In this document: one piece after another, positions 9,650 through 19,853 of the stretch
How the letters are laid out: the number at the start of each line of letters is the position of its first letter
Numbering within the stretch: the first letter of the stretch is position 1
NCBI GenBank assembly: GCA_016296945.1
Contig: JAEDHQ010000002.1
Location: forward strand, 1 to 56,026
Length of the DNA: 56,026 nt
Origin: Bacilli bacterium
Lineage (GTDB): Bacteria > Bacillota_I > Bacilli_A > ML615J-28 > CAG-698
Direction: 5' to 3'
The notes under the pieces: model-generated
What the model saw: the letters and a program-made list of their open reading frames with translations, nothing else
Databases searched by the model: none
Told to the model about the DNA's origin: nothing
Made by a program: the position numbers and the translations under genes

Positions 9650-11269
9650 ATGTCAAGAATTATTATGCTTTCTGGAAGCAATGTTCTTAACTTCCTTATC
9701 CCTCTATTTGTCGGCATTTTATGTTTATTAGGTGGAGCGTTCATCGCTTTTGCAATTTTACGTTTGCGTTATAAGAAAGCAGGATTAGATGCAAATAAAA
9801 TTATTGAAGATGCGAAAAAGAGCGCAGAAGACAATCGTAAGAAAGTTGTTTTAGAGACAAAACAAGAATTGTTTAAATTAAAACAAGATTCTGAAAAAGA
9901 AATTAAACAAGCTAAAATTGAATGTGATCGTGAAATTAAAGAACGCAAAAAATCAGTTTTAGAAAGCGAACAAAAATTATCTCAGCGTGAAGAACGTTTA
10001 GATAACAGAAGTAACAATCTTGATAAGAGAGAAGAAGGTTTAAATTCAAAAGAACAAAAGATTGATCAAAGAAAAGCGGAACTTGAAAAACAATTTGTGA
10101 AAGTCGACGAATTGATTGCTGAACAAAATCAAAAATTGATTGAAATTTCAGGTTTAAAGGTTGAGGAAGCAAAGAAGATTATTTTAGAAAGAATTGAAGA
10201 AGAAATGTCTTTGGAAATTGCTGGTGTTATTAAAGAAAATGAAGAAAAAGCAAAAGTTGAATCTGCACGTAAAGCCCAAATTTTACTTGCTAATGCAATT
10301 CAACAATATGCTAATGAAAGTGTTAGTGAAAAAACAGTTTCTGTTGTTCCACTTCCAAATGATGAAATGAAAGGTCGCATTATTGGTCGTGAAGGTCGTA
10401 ATATTAGATCAATAGAAGCATCAACTGGTGTTGACTTAATAATTGATGACACACCTGAAGCTGTAGTTATTTCTAGTTTTGATCCAATCAGAAGAGAAAT
10501 AGCACGTCGTACATTAGAAGCATTAATTGCTGATGGTCGTATTCAACCATCAAGAATTGAAGAATTAGTTGCAAAATTTAAGAAAGAATTAGATATAGAA
10601 TTAAGAGAAGCTGGTGAAAAAGCTGTCTTTGATGTAGGCGTTGGTAAAATGCATCCTGAATTAATCAAGTTATTAGGACGCTTAAAATATCGTACAAGTT
10701 ATGGTCAAAATGTTTTAGACCATTCAATTGAAGTTGCTCATTTGGCTGGAAAACTAGCAGTTGAAATAGGCTTAAATGAAGTAGTAGCTCGTCGTGCTGG
10801 TTTGTTACATGATATTGGAAAAGCTGCTGATAGTGAAAATGAAGGAAGCCATATTGATATTGGTGTTGAACTAGCAACAAAATATCGCGAAAATGCTACT
10901 GTTATTGATGCAATTGCATCTCATCATGGTGATAAAGAAGCAACAACTGTGATAGCACAATTAGTTGCTGCTGCAGATACTTTATCTGCTGCTCGTCCTG
11001 GAGCTAGAAATGAATCAATTGAGAATTATATTAAGCGTTTAACACAATTAGAAGAAATTTGTAATGGTTTCAAGGGTGTTGAAAAATCATTTGCTTTACA
11101 AGCTGGACGTGAAATCCGTGTTTTAGTAAAACCAACTGAAGTAGATGATACATTAGCATATAAATTAGCACGTGATATACGTATTAAGATTGAAAATACT
11201 TTAACTTATCCAGGAACAATCAAAGTAACTGTTATTCGTGAAACTCGTGTTCAAGAAACAGCTAAATAA
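9650..11269 (+). CDS. rny: Ribonuclease Y
   Basis: N-terminal TM helix, coiled-coil region, KH domain ('[12 protein letters not shown]') and HD domain ('LLHDIGKA'). Confidence 0.95.
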   Translation: MSRIIMLSGSNVLNFLIPLFVGILCLLGGAFIAFAILRLRYKKAGLDANKIIEDAKKSAEDNRKKVVLETKQELFKLKQDSEKEIKQAKIECDREIKERKKSVLESEQKLSQREERLDNRSNNLDKREEGLNSKEQKIDQRKAELEKQFVKVDELIAEQNQKLIEISGLKVEEAKKIILERIEEEMSLEIAGVIKENEEKAKVESARKAQILLANAIQQYANESVSEKTVSVVPLPNDEMKGRIIGREGRNIRSIEASTGVDLIIDDTPEAVVISSFDPIRREIARRTLEALIADGRIQPSRIEELVAKFKKELDIELREAGEKAVFDVGVGKMHPELIKLLGRLKYRTSYGQNVLDHSIEVAHLAGKLAVEIGLNEVVARRAGLLHDIGKAADSENEGSHIDIGVELATKYRENATVIDAIASHHGDKEATTVIAQLVAAADTLSAARPGARNESIENYIKRLTQLEEICNGFKGVEKSFALQAGREIRVLVKPTEVDDTLAYKLARDIRIKIENTLTYPGTIKVTVIRETRVQETAK

Positions 11270-11298
11270 AAAATAAATTTTTATATGTTTGAAAATTA

Positions 11299-11341
11299 AG
11301 TTTCTAGTTAAAACTTTGATAGTTCTACTAGAAACTTTTTT
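11299..11341 (+). terminator. Terminator after rny
   Basis: Stem agtttctagt/actagaaact followed by a T-run. Confidence 0.7.
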
Positions 11342-11358
11342 AAAAGTAGAGGTAATTT

Positions 11359-12135
11359 ATGGAAATATTAATTATCGGTGATGTTTTTTCCAAACTAGGT
11401 CGAAGTGCTTTAGAGAGAAATATCAAAAGGATTAAAAGTGAACGAAAAATCAATTTAATAATCTGTAATGGTGAAAATATATCCCACGGTCGTGGAATGA
11501 ATGAAGGACACTATCTTTGGTTATTAAACCAGGGTGTAAATGTTATTACATTAGGAAATCACACATGGAATCAAAGAAGCATCTATAATATAATTGATGA
11601 CGCCAAATGTCTAGTTAGACCTTATAATTATAAAGGAGATGTTCCAGGGACTGGATATATTACAATTAATTATAATGGAATTAAAATAACAGTTTTTCAA
11701 ATGTTAGGACAAGTTTTTATGAATGAAGAAGTTGATAGCCCATTTGAAAAGACAGAAGAATTATTACAAAAGCTTGAAAGCGATATAATAATTTGTGATT
11801 TTCATGCTGAATCAACAAGTGAAAAGATTGCTTTTGGTTATGCATTTGATGGAAGAATTACTTGTGTTTATGGAACACATACGCACGTTCAAACAGCTGA
11901 TGAAAGAATCTTAGAAAAAGGAACTGCATATATTACTGATATCGGAATGACAGGGCCAATTGAAGGAGTAATAGGTGTCAAAAAAGATATTATAATTGAT
12001 CGATATATCAATAACGGAAAGATGCGTTTTGAACCAGAAGATGAAGGAAAATCGCAATTCTGTGGAATAATTTTAGAAATTAATGATACTACACATAAAG
12101 TGACACGAATCGACAGGCTGAACGTGATAGAATAA
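11359..12135 (+). CDS. ymdB: YmdB-family metallophosphoesterase (2',3'-cyclic-nucleotide phosphodiesterase)
   Basis: 'ILIIGDV...GR', 'NGEN..HG.G' and 'DFHAE' motifs. Sits downstream of rny as in Bacillus. Confidence 0.9.
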   Translation: MEILIIGDVFSKLGRSALERNIKRIKSERKINLIICNGENISHGRGMNEGHYLWLLNQGVNVITLGNHTWNQRSIYNIIDDAKCLVRPYNYKGDVPGTGYITINYNGIKITVFQMLGQVFMNEEVDSPFEKTEELLQKLESDIIICDFHAESTSEKIAFGYAFDGRITCVYGTHTHVQTADERILEKGTAYITDIGMTGPIEGVIGVKKDIIIDRYINNGKMRFEPEDEGKSQFCGIILEINDTTHKVTRIDRLNVIE

Positions 12136-12166
12136 TGATGTAAACTTTAACACAGGAGGTAAAATT

Positions 12167-12427
12167 ATGGATGTATTAAAAGTTTCATCAAAGTCAAAAC
12201 CAAATTCAGTAGCTGGTGCACTTGCAAATTCGTTTAAAGACAAAAGAGCGGTAGAAATTCAAGCAGTTGGAGCTGGGGCATTGAATCAAGCAATCAAATC
12301 AATCGCTATTGCCAGAGGATATGTTGCCCCAACAGGTAAAGATTTAATTTGTATTCCAGCATTTTCTGATATTCAGATTGATGGTGAGGAAAGAACTGCT
12401 ATTAAATTAATAGTAGAAACTCGATAA
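12167..12427 (+). CDS. spoVS: Stage V sporulation protein S
   Basis: 86 aa, 'LKVSSKSKPNSVAGALA...AVGAGALNQAIKSIAIARG', near-canonical SpoVS. Confidence 0.95.
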   Translation: MDVLKVSSKSKPNSVAGALANSFKDKRAVEIQAVGAGALNQAIKSIAIARGYVAPTGKDLICIPAFSDIQIDGEERTAIKLIVETR

Positions 12428-12467
12428 TATATGAAAGATTAGAAATTGTAATCAAAAAAAAGATAGA

Positions 12468-12498
12468 ATAGTGAGTGATTTTCACTTACTATTTTTTT
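12468..12498 (+). terminator. Terminator after spoVS
   Basis: 10-bp stem atagtgagtg/cacttactat, 5-nt loop, T-run. Confidence 0.75.
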
Positions 12499-12618
12499 AA
12501 GAGACAAATTCTTTGTTTTGTCTAAAAATGTAAAAAAAGAGCTTTCAATAATAGGTATTGAAAAAAACTGTAAAAAGTAATAAAATATTAACATATAATA
12601 TTGTTAGTAGGTGTTTAG

Positions 12619-13194
12619 ATGAAAAGTAGTTTACCAATACTTGAAACAAATAGACTAATCTTACGAGAAATCAGAGAATCTGATTCTCTAGATATGTATG
12701 AATATGCGCAACTACCTTACATTGGTCCGCAAGCAGGTTGGGAACCACATGGTAGTATTTCTCATACTAGAGAGGTAATTAAAAGTTTTAATCGTAAACC
12801 ACAGTATGGTCAGCTTGGTGTTTTCGCAATTCTTTATAAAGCCAATATGAAGATGATTGGAACAGTTGAATTACACACATATACTCGTAATTTCAAAGCT
12901 GAATTAGGTTATACTGTTAATCCACAGTATTGGGGAATGGGAATTGCTTGTGAATCATCAAAGGCAGTTATTAGATGGGGTTTTGAAGAACTAAATTTAA
13001 AGCGCATTGAATGCTGTTGTTTCACAGATAATAACCAATCACGACGTGTTTGTGAAAAATTATTATTTCCTTTTGAAGGTATTAGAAGAAAGGGATATAA
13101 ATTATATAATAATTATATTGGTGATCTTGAATGTTATGCGATGACTGATGATGATTACCATAGAATTATTGAAAATGATTTATGGAATAAATGA
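12619..13194 (+). CDS. GNAT family N-acetyltransferase (RimJ/RimL-like)
   Basis: 'LETNRLILREI' N-terminus and a 'QYWGMGIA' acetyl-CoA pocket, typical of RimJ/L-type GNATs. Confidence 0.8.
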   Translation: MKSSLPILETNRLILREIRESDSLDMYEYAQLPYIGPQAGWEPHGSISHTREVIKSFNRKPQYGQLGVFAILYKANMKMIGTVELHTYTRNFKAELGYTVNPQYWGMGIACESSKAVIRWGFEELNLKRIECCCFTDNNQSRRVCEKLLFPFEGIRRKGYKLYNNYIGDLECYAMTDDDYHRIIENDLWNK

Positions 13195-13195
13195 G

Positions 13196-14146
13196 ATGAT
13201 TCATGATATTTTAAGTTTTGTAAAAAGAAATAAAAAACAATATCCACTAATGGAGAAAATTGATTTATATAAATTATTATTTCAAAAAAATCTCTTAGTT
13301 GGTCATTTAGTAACAATAGGTGATATTAAAGATTATTTAAATAAAGAATTAAAGGAAATTAATAATCTTGATGATAACTCTTTACTTTATGAATATATTA
13401 GCGAGTGTGTCGTAAGAATTAATCTTAAACCTTTTTTAAAGGTCTATTCGCAAGAAAGATTATTAGATTTATTTTATAAATCTTCATCTATTGAAACTAG
13501 TAATAATTTACTTAATGATGTAAAAATGTTTGCTTTAGAAGATATCTATCAAGACTACTTAGGAAGAATACCAAGTCATAGTGATATATATCGTCATAGT
13601 TATCATCCTCATTATCGTGTATGTGCTAGTAGTTTATTAGATATCGATTTAAAAACTTTAAAACTTCAAAATTTTATTGAAAGTGTTCGTTCTGATAAAC
13701 TGACAATTATTGCTTTAGAAGGACGTTGTGGTAGTGGGAAAACGACAATAGCTAAAAACTTAAAAAATGTTACAGTCATTGAATTAGATGATCACTTTGA
13801 TTCCGAAAGCGATCCAATTAATTTAGAATATTTAGAAGAATTACTAGAAAGTTTAGAAGTAGGAAATATAATCACAGAAAAATGCTATGATTGTCATCGA
13901 AAATCATATTATTATAAAGAAAAAACAATTAGTAATGTAGTAGTTGTAGAAGGGGTATATGGATATCTTGAAAGATTACGTAAATACTATGATTACTTAG
14001 GTTACATTGTAATCGATAAAGATACACAAATGGAAAGAATTAAGAAGCGAAGCAATTATCAAGATTTTATTTGTAAATGGATTCCGAGAGAAGAAAAATA
14101 TTTTGATAGTTTTGATTTTGTAGTTAATGCTGATATCTTAATTTGA
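13196..14146 (+). CDS. P-loop kinase-like protein (uridine-kinase fold) with an uncharacterised N-terminal domain
   Basis: Walker A 'EGRCGSGKTT', then 'IELDDHF' and 'VVVEGVY' as in Udk/PRK-type kinases. The first ~190 aa are unassigned. The ORF is open from 13148. The ATG at 13196, 1 nt after the GNAT stop, is the most economical start. Confidence 0.55.
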   Translation: MIHDILSFVKRNKKQYPLMEKIDLYKLLFQKNLLVGHLVTIGDIKDYLNKELKEINNLDDNSLLYEYISECVVRINLKPFLKVYSQERLLDLFYKSSSIETSNNLLNDVKMFALEDIYQDYLGRIPSHSDIYRHSYHPHYRVCASSLLDIDLKTLKLQNFIESVRSDKLTIIALEGRCGSGKTTIAKNLKNVTVIELDDHFDSESDPINLEYLEELLESLEVGNIITEKCYDCHRKSYYYKEKTISNVVVVEGVYGYLERLRKYYDYLGYIVIDKDTQMERIKKRSNYQDFICKWIPREEKYFDSFDFVVNADILI

Positions 14147-14176
14147 AAGTTAATTTAAGAAACAAAGGTAAAATAT

Positions 14177-15670
14177 ATGAATACAAAAGACAAAGAAAAC
14201 AAACAAAATATTAAAAAAGTAAAGGCAAAACTAACAAAAAAAGAATTCAGTCGTTTTGTTGTTCCATCTTTAACGCTTGCCCGTAAAAGATTAATTAAAG
14301 ATACACCAGTAATCAATTTTAATTTAGATGATAAATTAAAAGGATTTGGTTTAGGTAAATTCTATTTGATGAAAACTTATGGATGTCAAGGTAATCTTGC
14401 TGATAGTGAAAAGATGGCAGGAATTTTAGAAGCGATGGGATATCAAGAAACACAAGATGATAGTGTTGCAGATGTTATTATCTTTAACACATGTGCAATA
14501 AGAGAAAACGCTGAAAATCGTGTTTTTGGTGAACTTGGAAGAATTAAAAACTTAAAAACAATTAAAAAAGATTTGTTGATGATTATTTGTGGATGCATGA
14601 GTCAAGAAGAAAAAGTAGTTAATATGATTGCTTCTAAATATCCACAAGTTGATATTGTCATTGGCACTCATAATATTGCCTTATTAGGTGAATATATTTA
14701 TGAAGCATATACAAAAAATAGTCGTATCATTGAAGTGTTCTCGAAAGAAGGAGAAATATATGAAGAAGTACCGATGAAACGAGCTTCAAGTCGTCGTGCA
14801 TGGGTTAATATTATGTATGGTTGCGATGAGTTCTGTACATATTGTATTGTTCCATATACTCGTGGTAAAGAACGTTCTCGTCATCCTCAAGAAGTAATAG
14901 ATGAAGTAAAGGAATTAGTCAAGGAAGGATATGTTGATATTACCTTATTAGGTCAAAATGTTAATGCGTATGGCAAAGACTTTGTTGATATCAAATATTC
15001 TTTCGCAAATTTATTAGAAGATTTAAGTAAAACAGGAATTCCTCGTATTCGTTATACCACATCTCATCCTCGTGATTTAGATTTAGAGACAATCAAAGTA
15101 ATGGGAAAATATCCAAATATTATGCCACATTTACATTTGCCAGTGCAATCTGGTAGTAATACAGTTTTAAAACGAATGAATCGTAAATATACAAAAGAAG
15201 AATACTTAGAAAAAGTAAGTTGGTTACGTGAATATGTTCCTGGCATTTCTCTAACAACAGATATTATTGTTGGTTTTCCAAATGAAAGTGATGAAGACTT
15301 TTTAGAAACATTAGATCTTGTAGAAAAGGCTGGTTTTGAAGGTGCTTTCACTTTTATTTACTCGAAACGAGAAGGAACACCAGCTGCATCTTTTCCCGAT
15401 TCAATTAGTGATGAAGTGAAAAAGGAAAGACTATTGCAATTGAATGAAAAAATAAATGAAGGATTTTTAAAAGGTAACCTCCGTTTTGAAAATCAAATAT
15501 TAGATGTTTTAGTAGAAGGATATTCTGAAAAAGATCCAACAATGTTAACTGGGTATACTCCTCATGAAAAATTAGTAAACTTTGAAGGAACAAGTGATTT
15601 AATTGGTAAAGTAGTAAAAGTTAAGATTATAAAGGCTTATAGCTGGCATTTACGTGGCGAATTAGTCTAA
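14177..15670 (+). CDS. miaB: tRNA-2-methylthio-N6-dimethylallyladenosine synthase MiaB
   Basis: UPF0004 domain ('TYGCQGN'), radical-SAM 'CDEFCTYCIVP' and a TRAM C-terminus. Confidence 0.92.
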   Translation: MNTKDKENKQNIKKVKAKLTKKEFSRFVVPSLTLARKRLIKDTPVINFNLDDKLKGFGLGKFYLMKTYGCQGNLADSEKMAGILEAMGYQETQDDSVADVIIFNTCAIRENAENRVFGELGRIKNLKTIKKDLLMIICGCMSQEEKVVNMIASKYPQVDIVIGTHNIALLGEYIYEAYTKNSRIIEVFSKEGEIYEEVPMKRASSRRAWVNIMYGCDEFCTYCIVPYTRGKERSRHPQEVIDEVKELVKEGYVDITLLGQNVNAYGKDFVDIKYSFANLLEDLSKTGIPRIRYTTSHPRDLDLETIKVMGKYPNIMPHLHLPVQSGSNTVLKRMNRKYTKEEYLEKVSWLREYVPGISLTTDIIVGFPNESDEDFLETLDLVEKAGFEGAFTFIYSKREGTPAASFPDSISDEVKKERLLQLNEKINEGFLKGNLRFENQILDVLVEGYSEKDPTMLTGYTPHEKLVNFEGTSDLIGKVVKVKIIKAYSWHLRGELV

Positions 15671-15725
15671 ACCCTAGTAGCATTACATTATTTCTTAGAA
15701 TATAATGTAATGAGGAGGGATATTA

Positions 15726-16250
15726 ATGAATGGCATTCGCGAAATTGTTACTAAAGCTGTAGTTGGCAAAGGTAAAAAACTAATTCGTTTAACTGATACT
15801 TTGACTCCCAATAATACCCCATATAGTATTTTAGGATGTTGGATAATTAACCATCAATTTGAAGCAGAGTTATGTGATAATGTTGTTAATATTAATGGTA
15901 CATATGAGATTAATATCTGGTATGCTTATGATAACAACACTAGAACTGATATTGCAAGACAAGTATCAAATTACACGCAAACAATAAAGATTCGAGAAAT
16001 CGTTGATGACTTATGCAATGATGGTCGCGATGTAATTGTTCGTGTGCTACAACAACCTACAGTTACAAATGGTGAAATTTGTGATAATTTAATTAATGTG
16101 GAAATTATAGTTGAATTGTTAGCTGAAGTAATCGGGGAAACAAAAATTAAAGTCACAATCTTTGATCAATTTGATCCATGTGATCCATATGAACAAGAAG
16201 ACTTTGAAAACCAAATAAATGAAGACTTTATTAATCAAGAAACACAATAG
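15726..16250 (+). CDS. cotE: Outer spore coat morphogenetic protein CotE
   Basis: 'REIVTKAVVGKGKK', 'ILGCWIINH', 'LLAEVIGETK' and an acidic tail match Bacillus CotE. Sits downstream of miaB as in Bacillus. Confidence 0.85.
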   Translation: MNGIREIVTKAVVGKGKKLIRLTDTLTPNNTPYSILGCWIINHQFEAELCDNVVNINGTYEINIWYAYDNNTRTDIARQVSNYTQTIKIREIVDDLCNDGRDVIVRVLQQPTVTNGEICDNLINVEIIVELLAEVIGETKIKVTIFDQFDPCDPYEQEDFENQINEDFINQETQ

Positions 16251-16258
16251 GTGAAGAT

Positions 16259-16954
16259 ATGTATGAGATTTTATTATTTGATATTGATAATACATTATTA
16301 AACTTTGATCTAGCGGAAGAGAAAGCAATTCATGTAGCTTTAGCTCATTATGATATTGAACCAACTTTAGAGGTTGTTTCAAAGTTTAAAGAAATTAATA
16401 AGCAGCTATGGAAAAAGTTTGAATTAGGAAAAATAACAAAAGAAAGATTATTAGAAAAACGTTTCGAAGAATTATTTGAATTCTTAGGTAATATCAAATA
16501 TTTAGAGAATAATATTTCTCGTGAAATCAATACCTATTATTTGAATCAATTAGCAAATTCTAGTGATTTAATGCCTGATGCATATGAAGTATTAAATGAA
16601 CTTTCAAAATCTCATAAGATTTATCTTGTTACAAATGGTGTTACCAAAACACAAACAAAGCGCATCAATAATAGTTCAATAAAAAAGTTCTTTAATGGTG
16701 TATATATTTCCGAAACAATTGGAATTCAAAAACCATACAAAGGTTTTTTTGATTATGTGTTTGCTGATTTAAAGATTAAAGATAAGAAAAAAGTCTTATT
16801 AATTGGTGATAGTTTAACTGCTGATATTATTGGTGGCATTAATTATGGAATAGATACGTGTTGGTATAATTTTAAAACTCAAGAAAGTAAAGATATTCGA
16901 CCAACATATGAAATAAAAAGTTTAAAGGAATTATTAGATATATGTATTTTTTAA
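16259..16954 (+). CDS. HAD-superfamily hydrolase, YjjG-type pyrimidine 5'-nucleotidase
   Basis: HAD motif I 'FDIDNTL', motif III/IV 'LLIGDSLTADIIGG' and 'CWYN'. Confidence 0.8.
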   Translation: MYEILLFDIDNTLLNFDLAEEKAIHVALAHYDIEPTLEVVSKFKEINKQLWKKFELGKITKERLLEKRFEELFEFLGNIKYLENNISREINTYYLNQLANSSDLMPDAYEVLNELSKSHKIYLVTNGVTKTQTKRINNSSIKKFFNGVYISETIGIQKPYKGFFDYVFADLKIKDKKKVLLIGDSLTADIIGGINYGIDTCWYNFKTQESKDIRPTYEIKSLKELLDICIF

Positions 16955-16959
16955 AAAAG

Positions 16960-16985
16960 AGTCGAAACTGATTCGACTTTTTTTA
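16960..16985 (+). terminator. Terminator after the HAD hydrolase gene
   Basis: Stem agtcgaa/ttcgact with a 5-nt loop, then a long T-run. Confidence 0.75.
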
Positions 16986-17046
16986 TTTTAATTGTAGTAT
17001 TTTTTTGGTATAATCTATGTGAAGATATTTCTAAAGAGTAAAAAAA

Positions 17047-17877
17047 ATGAAAGACAAAATTATTAAAAAAAGAATCGTAAAGATTAAGACTCAAAAAGGT
17101 AATAAACTATCATTACTAATTTTATCTAACAAAAATAATAGTGGTTATGCACCTGGAATATTATGGATTCATGGTGGTGGATATTTTACAGGAATGAAAG
17201 AAATGGTATATATGTCACGAGCTTTAAATCTTGTAAAAAAGTATAATGCAGTTGTTATTTCTCCCGGTTACAGATTATCTTTATTTCACCCATATCCTAA
17301 GGCATTAGAAGATTGTTATGAAGCATTGTTATATATGTTTTATCATTGTGATGAATTAAAAATTTTAAAAAATCAAATAATGGTTGGCGGAGAAAGTGCT
17401 GGAGGTGGTTTAGCTATTGCCTTGGTGATGCTTGCTAGAGATAAAAAGGAAGTAAACATTGCATATCAAATGCCTTTATATCCGATGATTGATAATTTTG
17501 ATACTTCATCATCAGTAAATAATCATGGCAAAGTTTGGAATACAAGAAGAAATCATTTCGGCTGGAAACTTTATTTACGAAAAAGAGCTAAAGAAGAAGT
17601 TGAACCATATGCTTCACCTGCTAGACAAAAAGATTATTCTAATTTACCTAGAGCCTATACCTTTGTTTGTGATCAAGAGCCATTTTATGATGAAACAATA
17701 ACTTATATTAATAATTTACAAAAAGCCGGGATATCTGCAAAAGTAGATATCTATCCGAGTAATATTCATGCTTTTGATATGCTTTATCCTTCTAAAGAAA
17801 TCTCGAAACAGGCAATTAAAAAGTTTGAAGAAGAATTTGAGTATGCTTTAAAAAACTTCTTTGCAGATAATAAATAG
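17047..17877 (+). CDS. Alpha/beta hydrolase fold-3 esterase/lipase
   Basis: Oxyanion 'HGGGY' and nucleophile elbow 'GESAGG'. Confidence 0.85.
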   Translation: MKDKIIKKRIVKIKTQKGNKLSLLILSNKNNSGYAPGILWIHGGGYFTGMKEMVYMSRALNLVKKYNAVVISPGYRLSLFHPYPKALEDCYEALLYMFYHCDELKILKNQIMVGGESAGGGLAIALVMLARDKKEVNIAYQMPLYPMIDNFDTSSSVNNHGKVWNTRRNHFGWKLYLRKRAKEEVEPYASPARQKDYSNLPRAYTFVCDQEPFYDETITYINNLQKAGISAKVDIYPSNIHAFDMLYPSKEISKQAIKKFEEEFEYALKNFFADNK

Positions 17878-17900
17878 TGTTTGAAAGACACTATTTTTTT
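17874..17900 (+). terminator. Terminator overlapping the esterase stop codon
   Basis: Stem atagtgt/acactat with a 7-nt loop, then a T-run. Confidence 0.7.
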
Positions 17901-17971
17901 GATAAAAGATTATTGTATTAATAAAATTTTTAAATATTGGAAATAATAAACATACTTAATGAGGTTATACT

Positions 17972-18412
17972 ATGTGGATATTATTTTCAATTCTCTCAGC
18001 CGTTTTTGCGGCAGTTATGAGTTTTACGGTAAAAGTAGGATTAAAAGATTTAAATCCTGTCTTAAGCTTAACTGTTAGAACGTTTTGGGTTTTCATATTT
18101 TCTGTAATCTTAATTCTAATCTGTAAAATATTTAAGTTTAAAATATCAGAAGATATAAAATTCTATTCATTATTTACGATTAAAAATTTTTTATGGATAA
18201 TGGTTGTCAGTGTCGCAACGTTCTTAACATGGCTTTTTTATTTTTTTGCAATCAAAAATGGTACTGCTACAAAAGTAATGGCAATTGATAAATTAAGTAT
18301 CATTTTAATTGTCATCTTAAGTGCAATATTTTTAAAGGAAAAGATTACATTTTCAATGGTTGTGGGGATTATTCTCTTAATTGTTGGTAGTTTTATGATT
18401 GTTTTTAATTAA
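17972..18412 (+). CDS. Single-EamA-domain (DMT superfamily) membrane protein
   Basis: 146 aa with 4-5 hydrophobic helices and a C-terminal 'LKEKIT....GI.L...G' pattern typical of EamA half-transporters. Confidence 0.6.
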   Translation: MWILFSILSAVFAAVMSFTVKVGLKDLNPVLSLTVRTFWVFIFSVILILICKIFKFKISEDIKFYSLFTIKNFLWIMVVSVATFLTWLFYFFAIKNGTATKVMAIDKLSIILIVILSAIFLKEKITFSMVVGIILLIVGSFMIVFN

Positions 18413-18484
18413 TATTTGAAAAATAATAGCTTTTGGTGTATAATAATATAGTTAAAGATATAACACATAATTTGAGGTATTTTT

Positions 18485-18976
18485 ATGGATATAAAAGCTA
18501 TTAATCATTTAAATGATCGAATAAATAACCTTAAGAAAAAGTGGAATCAAGAACTAGATACTGTTAATCACTATTATTGGCCAATTGTAGCAAAAATTAA
18601 ACGTGATAAGAAAAATCATGTCTGGTATTTCACATTATCATTATGCCTTCTTGGTTGTGTTCTAATGTGGATAGTTTTAGGTGAAATAGTTAATGAGTAT
18701 TGGCTTGGTGCTTCATTAGGTGGTAGTGGAATTATTATTTTTTTAACTGCTCTAAGAATGATTAAAACATTAAAAGCTTTAAAGAAAGAGAATACTAATT
18801 GGGAAAAAGCATTAAAAACTGCAAATGAATTGCAAGAAGAGATAAAATTAAAAAGTGAAGAATGTACAAAATATATGCTTGATGAGCTTAAAAATCATGA
18901 TATCGAAATTAAAAATATCGGAACTGCTTATGATGATGTATTAGAATATTTCAACCAATGGGTAGAAACAGTTTAA
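18485..18976 (+). CDS. Hypothetical membrane protein
   Basis: 163-aa ORF with two central hydrophobic helices flanked by charged helical regions. It lies 31 nt upstream of sufC. No family recognised. Confidence 0.4.
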   Translation: MDIKAINHLNDRINNLKKKWNQELDTVNHYYWPIVAKIKRDKKNHVWYFTLSLCLLGCVLMWIVLGEIVNEYWLGASLGGSGIIIFLTALRMIKTLKALKKENTNWEKALKTANELQEEIKLKSEECTKYMLDELKNHDIEIKNIGTAYDDVLEYFNQWVETV

Positions 18977-19007
18977 CTACCCTTTTATATCGCGAGGAGA
19001 TAAAGTT

Positions 19008-19853
19008 ATGCAAAGAGTATTAAAGATTAAAGATTTACATGTGTCTGTTGAAGATAATGATGGAGTAAGCCAAAAAGAAATTTTAAAAGGATTAAATTTA
19101 GAAGTTAAAACTGGTGAAATCCATGCGATAATGGGTCCTAATGGTACTGGTAAAAGCACTTTAGCAGGAACTATTATGGGTCATTATAAATATAACGTTA
19201 CTGATGGAAGTATCAATTTAGATGATTTAGATGTATTGAATATGAGTGTAGATGAACGAAGCCGTGCGGGAATTTTCCTTGCAATGCAATATCCTAATGA
19301 AATTAGTGGCGTTAGTAATTCTGATTTCATCAAAACAGCAATGCAAGCCCGTTTACCTGAAGGTGAACATATTAAACTATTTAAATTTATTAAAGAACTA
19401 GATAAAGCGGTGAGTGATTTAAAAATGCGTAGTGATTTACCACATCGTTATTTAAATGAAGGATTTAGTGGTGGTGAAAAGAAACGTAATGAAATCTTAC
19501 AAATGAAAATGCTTAAACCATCTTTTGCCATTCTTGATGAAATAGATTCTGGTTTAGATGTTGATGCTTTAAGAATTGTTGGTGAAAATGTTAATAATAT
19601 GCGTAGCCCTGATTTTGGCGCAATTGTCATTACCCATTATCAAAGATTACTTGATTATATTGATTGTGATTATGTGCATATAATGGTTGATGGAAGAATT
19701 GTAAAGACGGGGGGAAAAGAATTGATTGAAAAAGTTGATGCTTTAGGTTATGATTGGATTAAAGAAGAATTAGGAATTGTTGATGAAGTTGCTTCTAAAC
19801 CTCGTACTGTTTTAGGTACTTGTGCTGTTAAGAAAGGAACTGAAAACAAATAA
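19008..19853 (+). CDS. sufC: Fe-S cluster assembly ATPase SufC
   Basis: Walker A 'GPNGTGKST', 'FSGGEKKRNEILQ' signature and 'ILDEIDSGLD'. Confidence 0.95.
   Translation: MQRVLKIKDLHVSVEDNDGVSQKEILKGLNLEVKTGEIHAIMGPNGTGKSTLAGTIMGHYKYNVTDGSINLDDLDVLNMSVDERSRAGIFLAMQYPNEISGVSNSDFIKTAMQARLPEGEHIKLFKFIKELDKAVSDLKMRSDLPHRYLNEGFSGGEKKRNEILQMKMLKPSFAILDEIDSGLDVDALRIVGENVNNMRSPDFGAIVITHYQRLLDYIDCDYVHIMVDGRIVKTGGKELIEKVDALGYDWIKEELGIVDEVASKPRTVLGTCAVKKGTENK

Noticed and set aside
12619-14146. GNAT plus downstream gene as a GNAT-type toxin-antitoxin pair
   Set aside because: The GNAT is a RimJ/L-like 191-aa enzyme. The neighbour is a 316-aa P-loop kinase-like protein, not a small RHH/HTH antitoxin, and the gene order and sizes do not fit TacT/AtaT-type modules.
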